Below are positions 54,351-64,000 of a stretch of DNA of 64,000 nt, piece after piece. The first letter of the stretch is position 1, and the number at the start of each line of letters is the position of its first letter. The position numbers and the translations under genes were made by a program. The notes beneath the pieces were generated by a model. It had not been told where the DNA came from and made no database searches. It worked only from the letters and a program-made list of their open reading frames with translations. The stretch is from Octopus sinensis (taxonomy: Eukaryota): NCBI RefSeq assembly GCF_006345805.1, contig NC_042998.1, positions 61,814,001 through 61,878,000 on the forward strand. Direction: 5' to 3'.

Positions 54351-56216
54351 TATGAAGCTATCAATAACAAAATGTTTTCTAATTGTTTCAGTCATTAGAC
54401 TGCAGCCATGCTGGGGCACCTCCTTCAAGAATTTCTAGTTGAATGAATCGACCCTAGTACATACTGTTATTTTATGCCTGGTACTAATTCTATCAATCTC
54501 TTTTACTGAACCACTAAGTTACAGGGACATAAACACACCAACACCGATTGCTAAGCAGTGGTGGAAGACAACACACACACTTCTTTCAGTTTCTGTTTAC
54601 CAAATCCACTGACAAGACTTTGGTCAGCCCAAGGCTATATTAGAAGACACTTGTCCAAGGTTCCATGCAGTAGGACCGAACCCAGAACCATGTGGTTGGG
54701 AAGCAACCACAGTGCCACACTTATGCCTAAGTTGAATATGGGGTTAAAGAAAAAACCTAGATTGGAGCAGCTTTTGACTTTTCCCCATCTAAAAGAGATT
54801 TTTTTTTACCAAATATCCTACATGCTTTTATATATAGGGTTATTCACTGTTAAAAATGATTTACTTTGTATCTCTTCAATCTTCTAAATTCTTATAATTT
54901 AAGAAAAGTTGTGTCAGAGGAAGACTCAGGAAAACATGGGATGAAATACTGAAGGCCGACCTCAAAATGCTGAAACTTACAAAGGACATGACAGTGGGCC
55001 AAGATATGTGGTGCATTGCTGTACTCGAGACACGCCACCACAATAGGATTGAGATCCTAAAACCAAAGTGTCACATAAAAGCATTGGTGTGGGTGCTGGT
55101 GCCATGTACAAAGCACCCAGTACACTCTGTAAAGTGGTTGGTGCTAGGAAGGGCATCCAGCCATAGAAACCAAGCCAAAACAGACTAGTGTGGACCCAGC
55201 CCATGCCGGTTCTTGTCAAACTGTCCAAACCTACGTCCATATGGAAAACGGACATTGAATTTGACGATGATGATAAACCAACATACAATTCTTGCTGATA
55301 AGAACAAAGATTCAAAATGTTACTGTAATATATAAGGTAGGACAAATGACATATTCAAAGACGGAAGGTTTGTGTTCCATAAGCAGCCTTTAACTTTTTC
55401 CCAACAAGGGGTTTTTTTTAAATCTAATATTCTACAAGAGTCTTGGTCATTGCCTCGATGAGGCCCAACACTCAAAAGGAACTCAACCACTTTGCCTTCA
55501 ATGATAATATCCTTTTTAATATAGGCACAAGGCCTGAAATTGTGAAGGAGAGGATTAGTCAACTACTTTGACCCCTGTTGTCAACTGGTACTTATTTGAT
55601 CAATCCTGAAAGGATGAAAGGTGACCCCAGTGGTATCTGAACTCAGACCATAAAGCCAGACAAAATGCTTATAGGCAATTCTGCCAGCACACCACCTTAA
55701 CAAAAACAACAATAATAATAATAATCAGTGTACCCTGGACGTTACTGTCTGCAAGTCCGAGAGCTCATGGGACCAGTTACCCAGTTTCTATGGCACCTAA
55801 AAGACAGGGATCACAGCATCCCCTACAGCTGAGTGGACTGGGGCAACACAAAGTGTTTGACTGGAGAACACAATACACCACCTGGTCCAGGAATTGAAAC
55901 CACAATCAAGTGATTGTGAGTGCAACACCCTAACCACTAGGTCACATGCTTTTACACAACGATAATAAAATAATAACAATGATAATAATAATCCTTTCTA
56001 CTGTAGGCACAAGGCCTGAAATATTGGAGTTGGGGGAGTCAATCACATCAACTCTAGTACTTGACTGGTACTTGTTTTATCGACTCTGAAAGGACGAAAG
56101 GTAAAGTCGACCCTAGCAGAGTTTGAACTCAGAACATAGTGATGGGCAAAACATCACTAAGCATTTTGCCCAGCGTGCAAACGATTCTGCCTGCTCACCA
56201 CCTTAATAATAATAAT

Positions 56217-56258
<42 letters not shown>

Positions 56259-56287
56259 TAATAATAAATGCCCTGATGTTATTTAGC

Positions 56288-56322
<35 letters not shown>

Positions 56323-56644
56323 GTAATATAGTAATAATAATAATAATATTAATAATAATTATAATTATTATTATTATTATTATTTCAAATTTTTGCCACA
56401 AGGGCAGCTTGTGGGATGAGGGAATGAGTCGATTACATCAACCTGTGTTCCACTGGTGCTTATTTTATGAACCTCAAAAGGATGAAAGCCAAAGTCGACC
56501 TTGGCAGGATTTGAACTCAGAATGTGACAGGTGAATACCACTAAACATTTCATCCAGCATGCTAACAATTCTGCCAGCTCACTGCCTTAATAATAATAAC
56601 AATAACAATAATAATAATAATAATAATGATATAGGAAACTTTAC

Positions 56645-56736
56645 CTTTCATGCATTTCTTTGGCTTCTTTCTCTTGACGCAATCGCTCTAAGTCAGCAAA
56701 TAGTTTACAAGTCTGCACATATACTGCATGTTTATG
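56645..56736 (-). CDS. DNAJC8: DNAJC8 internal exon
   Basis: Flanked by tgtAG and GTaaag, 92 nt, HKHAVYVQTCKLFADLERLRQEKEAKEMHE(R). Confidence 0.93.
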
Positions 56737-56999
56737 CTACAAATGGAGAATTACAAGTGAAAAATATAAGTACATGCTGTAGAATTATATTAAGAAAATA
56801 TAATTACATGTAGAATATAGGCACAGGAATGGCTGTGTGGTAAGAAGCTTGCTTCCTAACCACATGGTTCTGGGTTCAGTCCCACTGCATGGCAGGCACC
56901 TTGGGCAAGTATCTTCTGCTATAGCCTCAGGCTAACCAAAGCCTTGTGAGTGGATTTGGTAGGTGGAAACTGAAAGAAGCTTGTATGTATGTGTGTGTG

Positions 57000-57033
<34 letters not shown>

Positions 57034-57542
57034 GAAATCGATCAATGGAAATTGCAGATGTGTTACCAGTGCCGGTGGCATGTTGAAACTCTACTTGTGA
57101 AGACCTGTTGAGGCAAGTGAGGATCAGAATCGAAATCGATCAATGGAAATTGCAGATGTGTTACCAGTGCCGGTGGCTAGTAAGAGAACCTTCCGTTTCG
57201 CGACCGTTGCCAGCGCCGCCCCGACTGGCCTCGTGCCGGTGGCACGTAAAAAGCACCATCCGTTTGTGTCCGTTGCCAGCCTCGACCGGCCCTCGTGCCG
57301 GTGGCACATAAAAAGCACCATCCGTTCGTGGCCGTTTGCCAGCTCTGTCTGGCACCTGTGCGGGTGGCACGTAAAAAGCACCCACTACACTCACGGAGTG
57401 GTTGGCGTTAGGAAGGGCATCTAGCCGTTGAAACACTGCCAGATTTGACTGGGCCTGATGAAGCCTTCTGGCTTCACAGACCCCAGTAGAACCGTCCAAC
57501 CCATGCTAGCATGGAAAAACGGACGCTAAACTGATGATGATG

Positions 57543-57591
<49 letters not shown>

Positions 57592-58139
57592 GATATATAT
57601 ATATATATCTATGTATGTATAACTTTGTGTGTGTGTGTGTGTGTGTCTGTCTGTCCTCCCTCCATCACTTGACAACCAATGTTGGTGTGTTTATGTTCCC
57701 ATAATTTAGCAGTTCAGCAGAAGAGACCAACAGAATAAATACTAGGCTTACAAAGAATAAGTCCTGGGGTCAATTTGTTTGACTAATGGCAGTGCTCCAG
57801 CATGGCCACAGTCAAATGACTGAAACAAGTAAAAGAATAATATTTCATTATCACCATTATGGTCATCGTTATTGCTGTCATCAACACCCCACCGTTTTAT
57901 ATCTGCTCTTTGCAGGCTGCAAGGGTTGAATAAAACTTACTGAGGCACAAGTCTACAGCTGGATGTCCTCTCTGTCACCAGCTCTTATCTTTTATCTTTT
58001 GTAGCCCAAAGTACCATGCAGTGATGGAACCCGAAATCATACAGTTGCAAAGTAAACTGCGTGGATTTTAAATACAAATATAAAAGAGCAATACAGGGGA
58101 CTTTCACACTAGAAAAGAAAGCAGATGTATGATAATGAG

Positions 58140-59372
58140 GATTTCAGAACAACTTCTGTCACATTCCAAGGAGAAAAACTAGAAGTAGTTGGCAGCTTCC
58201 ATTACCTAGGTGACCAAGTCAGTAGCAGGGGTGGATGCTCTGAACGAGTAGCTGCTAGAATAAGAATAGCCTGGGCAAAGTTCAGAGAGCTCCTACCCCT
58301 GCTAGTGACAAAGGGCCTCTCGCTCAGAGAAAAAAGGTAGACTGCATGACGTGTATGAACAGCCATGCTACATGGCAGTGAAGCATAGGCCATGACTGCT
58401 GAGGACATGCGTAAGCTTGTATTGAATGAAGCCAGTATGCTCCGATGGATGTGTAATGTCAGTGTGCATACACAACAGAGTGCAGGCACCTTGAGAGAAA
58501 AGTTGGACCTAAGAAGCATCAGATGTGGTGTGCAAGAGAGACAACTGTGCTGGTATGGTCAGGTGGGGCAAATGGATGAGGACAGCTGTGTGAAAAAGTG
58601 TCACACCCTAGCAGTTAAGAGAATCTGTGGAAGAGGTAGACCAAGGAAGACCTGGGATGAGGTGGTGAAGCACGGCCTTCAAACATTGGGCCTCAGCGAG
58701 GCAATGACTAGTGACCAAGAGTTTTGGAAATATGCTGTGCTTGAGAAGACCTGGCAAGCCAAGTGAGACCATAACCTGTGGCCTATGCCAGCAGTGTAAC
58801 CAGCCTACTTATGCGTACCTTTCTTTCGTTGAACACTAAACTTTGCTTGCGAAGACCTGTTAAGGCAAGTGAAATCACAATCAAAATCAAATTCGCTGAT
58901 GTGACTGAAGACAGCACTGCCTGACTGGCACCCATGCCAGGGGAACGTTAAAAGCACCATTCAAGCGCGATCGTTGCCAAGTCCACTGACTGGCTCCTGT
59001 GCCAGTGACACATAAAAGGCACCATTCGAGTGTGATCGTTACCAGCATTACCTTACTGGCACGTGAAAAACAACATTCGAGCAAGGTTGTTGCCAGTGCC
59101 ACTGGACTGGCTCCTGTACAGGTGGCACATAAAAACCACCATTTGAGCATGGCCATCGCCAGTACTGCCTGACTGGCCCTCATGCCAGTGACACATAAAA
59201 GCTCCCACTACACTCTTGGAGTGGTTGGTGTTAGGAAGGGCATCCAGCTGTAGAAACTGCCAGATCAGATTGGAGCCTGGTGCAGCCATCTGGCTCACCA
59301 GTCCTCAGTCAAACTGTCCAACCCATGCCAGCATGGAAAGCAGACATTAAATGATGATAATGATGATGATGA
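58140..59372 (+). mobile_element. RTE LINE 3' part, diverged copy
   Basis: Same ORF motifs and 3' UTR as 51251-52912, in the opposite orientation. Confidence 0.88.
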
Positions 59373-59589
59373 TATGAAATTCTATGATTCTTTTTGATTG
59401 AGGTAAAGAGAAAAACTTGCAAATAACTATTATTACAGAGAAAGTGAAAAAACAAGAGTACAGAAAAGATAAGAGAAAACATGGGAAGAAATGGTGAGAT
59501 CAGATCTTAAAATGTTGGACTTTGGACGGGAAACCATGGAAGTATGAAGTCAGTCAAAATTCGTTATAGAGTAGATTCAAGGAAGAGAT

Positions 59590-60089
59590 TCAATACTTGG
59601 GAACAAAGAATCAAAAGGACAAATTCTTCAAAGAGATGCACAGTATGTAAGGCAAAAGGGAAATGTAAGGAAACTAGATACTGTTGTTCACAATGTGTCA
59701 TGCCACTGTGTGTGGTTCCCTGTTTTAAACTCTACCACACTAAAGTCAATTTTTGAATTCACATGATTGTAAATATATGAAGTTGATCCGACTTGTGCTG
59801 TCCAGTGATCTTATTCAGGAATAATATCGCATGAGCTTCCTGCACAGGTATAAAGTCTAGGTAAATAAACAGTACTTGCATTAAAGTGGATGACATAAAT
59901 ATAGGCCAAACGTTATCTTGCACCAAGTGCTGACCTCAATTGGCGCAATTACCATTGCCATATGCAGGCAACCGAATGAATCACTGCTGTAAACTGGTTA
60001 AAGCAGTTGATGTAAATATATGCCAAACCATTACTGTCAATGCAACCTAGTGGCTTGATGAAAAAAAAAAACCGTTCTCAAGGGGTTAA
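59590..60089 (+). mobile_element. piggyBac transposon right-end relic
   Basis: C-terminal Cys-rich domain RCTVCKAKGKCKETRYCCSQCVMPLCVVPCFKLYHT, then a ...AAGGGG|TTAA end at 60085-60089. Confidence 0.8.
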
Positions 60090-60366
60090 TAAGGTTTGAG
60101 CTTAGCTTAGTTTTCATGGGTGATGAGTGACTGAGATGATTACAACACTCCACCAAAATGGAACACTAGTCCATCACAGGGTTAACTTCCAAGGTGTGAA
60201 CTGAACTCTTTTACATCTGAGTGGACTGGAGCAACATAAAATGAAATGTTTTGCTCTAGAACACATTATCTTATGAGTGTGACTTAAATACCCCAACCAC
60301 TAAGCTACTTGCATTCATCTGGGAAAGATAATGAGAAAAATGAAAAAAAAAAAAAAGAGTACAAAC

Positions 60367-60432
60367 TTTATTAATGTCATCATCAACTATAGGTTTGCCT
60401 TCTTTCTTTAACTGTTTCCTTTTCTGTTTAGT
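60367..60432 (-). CDS. DNAJC8: DNAJC8 internal exon
   Basis: Flanked by ttgcAG and GTttgt, 66 nt, TKQKRKQLKKEGKPIVDDDINK (compare KERKKQLKKEGKP). Confidence 0.92.
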
Positions 60433-61366
60433 CTGCAAATAGAAATTAAAAAACAAAATAAATGAAACATCGGCTGATGAAGAAGTCATTCAATAAAACA
60501 AGATATTCAGGTTTGCTATTTGTTTTCTTTCATCATTTAATGGCCACTTTTACAGGCTTGCATGAGTCAGATAAAATTTAAGGCAGGTTTCCAACAACTG
60601 GACGCCTTTCATATTTCCAACACTCACCTATTTCCCTGTATCCAGACATGTTTTTCTTGAAAAATTGGAAATAAACATCACGATATGATGAAAATACATG
60701 TTTACAACCACGATGTCAAGACACACAAACACACATGCATATACAAAAATCTTTTATATTTTACTTGTTTCAGTCATTAGAGTAGGGCCATACTGGGGTA
60801 ACCCCAGTACTTTGTTTTCTTTAAAGCCTGGTACTTATTGTATCAGCTACTTGTTGCTGAACCACTAAGCTTGGGGGCCATAAACACACCAACACCGTTA
60901 AATGGTGATGGGAACAACCACAAAGACACACAAAGACGTGTCATCATCATCATCATCATTTAGCGTCCGTTGTCCATGCTGGGGTGGGTTGGATGGTTTG
61001 ACCAGTGCTGGTAAGCTGGAAGGTTGCACCAGACTCCAGTCTGATTTGGCATGGTTTTCTATGATTGGATGCCCTTCCTAATGCCAACCACTCAGAGTGT
61101 AAATGGGTGCTTTTACGTGCCACTGGCACAGGAGCCAATTTGCGTGACACCGGTATCTGCCATTACTGCGATTTTGCTCAGCTTGATGGGTCTTCTTCTC
61201 AAACACGACGTAATGCCGAATGCCTTGGTCATTGCTTCCATGAGGCGCAACACTCAAAAGGAACTCATCCAGTTTGCCTCCCTGAGGCCCAATGCTTGTA
61301 AGAAACTTGGCCACTTTGCCTCCGTGTGTATGTATGTATGTATGTATGTATGTATGTGTGTGTGTG

Positions 61367-61407
<41 letters not shown>

Positions 61408-61409
<2 letters not shown>

Positions 61410-62307
61410 CCGGGTAGAGGTTGGGGTCCACCAAGGTTCAGTCCTCAGCCCCCTCCTATTTATCATAGTCCTCCAGGCAATAACGGAAGAATTTAAGACA
61501 GGATGCCCCTGGGAGCTCCTCTATGCTGATGACCTTGCTCTAATTGCTGAGTCACTATCAGAACTGGAGGAGAAGTTTCAGGTGTGGAAACAAGGATTAG
61601 AATCGAAGGGCCTTAGAATCAACCTAGCCAAAACCAAAGTCCTAATAAGTAGGATGGTGGACCAACCACAAACGACTTCAGGTAGATGGCCCTGCTCAAT
61701 CTGTAAAAAAGGTGTAGGTAGAAACTCTATAAGGTGCACCAAGTGTAAGCTATGGACACATAAGAGGTGCAGCAACGTCAAAGGTAGGCTAACTGGGAAG
61801 ATAGTTTTCGTATGTGGCAGATGCTCAGGAGAAATAAACACTGGAAATGTGCAGAGACCAACTTCTACCACGTTCCAGGGAGACAAACTAGAAGTAGTTG
61901 ATAGCTTCCGCTACCTAGGAGACCAAGTTAGTAGCGGGGATGGGTGTGCTGAAAGTGTAACTGCTAGAGTAAGAATAGCCTGGGCAAAGTTTAGAGAGAC
62001 ATAAAAACACCATCCGAGCGTGGCCGTTCGCCAGCTTCGTCTGGCACCTGTGTCGGTGGCACATAAAAAACACCATCCGAGCGTGGCCGTTCGCCAGCCT
62101 CGTCTGGCACCTGTGTCGGTGGCACATAAAATCACCCACTACACTCTCGGAGTGGTTGGCGTTAGGAAGGGCATCCAGCTGTAGAAACACTGCCAGATCT
62201 GACTGGCCTGGTGCAGCCTTCGGGCTCCCCAGACCCCAGTTGAACCGTCCAACCCATGCTAGCATGGAAAGCGGACGTTAAATGATGATGATGATGATGA
62301 TGATGAT
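61408..62307 (+). mobile_element. RTE LINE fragment with internal deletion
   Basis: GVHQGSVLSPLLF, YADD, a Cys/His finger and FRYLG. It jumps to the 3' UTR at ~61997. Confidence 0.88.
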
Positions 62308-63276
62308 ATAAGATGGGCTCTGTTCTGTTTCCCTCTACCAGATCTACTCGGCAAAAGTAGATGACACTTGCTCAAGATGAGACACAGTGGGATTGAACCT
62401 GAACTCATGTGGTTGGGAAGCAAGCTTCTTATCACATAGTCAAGCCTGCACCTAACATATTTGCTCTTTTTGATCTAAGGCATGCATGGCCAACCTGTGG
62501 AATGCAGCCCTCAACAAGTTTCTAGGTTACTAATTTGCAGCATAACCTAAGAGTAGCAACAACTCAAATTCTATCTAATATTGAAAATATGGTAAAGAAT
62601 GTGACAGTGCAAAAATCGCACTGATACAGATAATGAAATTTGTTCTTTAATAAAATATCGATGATTTTTTTTTTTTTTACCTCAATATTTTAAACTATAA
62701 TTTATTTACACAAGCAATCATTATTATTATCATTATGAAATAATGAAAGAGATTCCAGCTTAATGTAAACTTCCATACTAAGACAAATAAAATTAAGAAG
62801 AACTGCAAAAAATTCAGTGTAAAGTGGGCAAGTAATATTTCATGCGTATGTGTTTTATCAGGCAGCCCTCTTCTTGGAAACGGTATGATGCAGCCCCCAG
62901 TTGACGAAAAGTTGCAAGTAAAAGACATCCAAGGTTCAGTACAGTGGGACAGAACCTGATACCACATGGCTGGAAAGCAAGCTTCACAACCACACAGTCA
63001 ATGTCTCTAAGATTGGTTACGGGAAACAGAGGGAGATGTTAATATCCTCAAACCAAAGACCAGACCCTAATATTTGCCAGCGAAGTGGTTTCAGCTAAAC
63101 ATACCTACAGTACTAGATAGTGGTGGTCATGGTGACAGTGTTATTTCAGTTAAACCATAGTAAGAACCAAACTAGAGACTGTTTAATTGTCAAAATATTA
63201 ATAATCGTTTCTACTAAAGGCACAAAGCCTGAAATTTGGGGTCAAGGGGCTGGTCAGTTACATGCTAGCATGGGTT

Positions 63277-63347
<71 letters not shown>

Positions 63348-63648
63348 ATGGGCTTCTTTCAGTTTCCGCCTACCAAATCCACTCACAGGGAGGCTATAGT
63401 AAAGACATTTTGCCCAAGGTGAACCATGTGGTTGGTAAGCAAGCTACTTACCACACATCCACTTCTGTGTCTATTTAAGTACACAACTTTTAATTTTATC
63501 AACCCCAAAAGTAAGAAAGGTGAAGTCAATCTCGGTGGAATATGAACTCAGAATGTAAAGATGGTCGATATGCTGTTAAGCATTTTGCTCAGCATGTTAA
63601 TGATTCTGCCAGCTCACCACCTTCACCAAAATTCTTAATAATATTTAC

Positions 63649-63743
63649 CATTTCTTCAACTCTGGAAATTGCTTCATCAATGATTTCTCGACATCTTTTA
63701 TAACCTTCTTCATTTTCAAGAGTCTTGTATGCTCTGTTCACAG
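63649..63743 (-). CDS. DNAJC8: DNAJC8 internal exon (end of J domain)
   Basis: Flanked by tttcAG and GTaaat. Translates (A)VNRAYKTLENEEGYKRCREIIDEAISRVEEM, matching the AVDKAYK region of DNAJC8. Upstream exons lie beyond the window. Confidence 0.9.
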
Positions 63744-63815
63744 CTGAAATAAATAGAGAATAATTTCAATGAGAGTAAAACACTCTTTCAAAAGATATAA
63801 TAGAGTCGTTACAGA

Positions 63816-63985
63816 CAGGGGCATAGCTAGGGTAAATGGCGCCCAGGGCAAGCAGCAAAATTGTACCCCTAACCCCAATGTTTTTTAATGGCTTAACTAG
63901 AAAATGATTTTGGCCAAACTTGCACCCCACCTCCAAGTGGCGCCCAGGGCATATGCCCTGTTTGCCCCACCCTAGTTATGCCCTG
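63816..63985. mobile_element. hAT-type MITE
   Basis: TIRs CAGGGGCATAGCTAGGG / CCCTAGTTATGCCCTG with a perfect 8-bp TSD GTTACAGA (63808-15 and 63986-93). Confidence 0.88.
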
Positions 63986-64000
63986 GTTACAGATGAAGAT

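Noticed and set aside
62480-62920. hAT-like MITE ends (also ~11630 and ~28730-28812)
   Set aside because: Only one convincing terminus each and no TSD.

Overview
This window is eukaryotic, AT-rich and saturated with microsatellites. Its SINE and LINE repertoire suggests an octopus or other coleoid cephalopod, which is my inference. Two host genes face each other. The first is a two-exon class A GPCR of the galanin/allatostatin-A receptor family (+; 27168-27649 and 33942-34692, about 410 aa) that has NRY instead of DRY. The second is represented by the last five coding exons of DNAJC8 (-; 63743 to 49091). The rest is transposon debris: tRNA-derived SINEs, RTE LINEs, a stack of R4/Dong-like tails in (TAA)n, a Penelope-like RT/GIY-YIG element, piggyBac/hAT/pogo relics and fold-back elements. 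There is one 100-N gap. The main hidden signal is a set of about 9 type I hammerhead-ribozyme folds of Penelope/retrozyme type, read by eye. Several show compensatory changes at the tertiary 3-8 pair (C-G, U-A, A-U). One forms the tail of a tRNA-headed SINE. Two with intact catalytic cores lie on the mRNA strand 0.5-1.1 kb after the GPCR stop codon, each next to a degenerate antisense copy. Most supplied ORFs are microsatellite artefacts.
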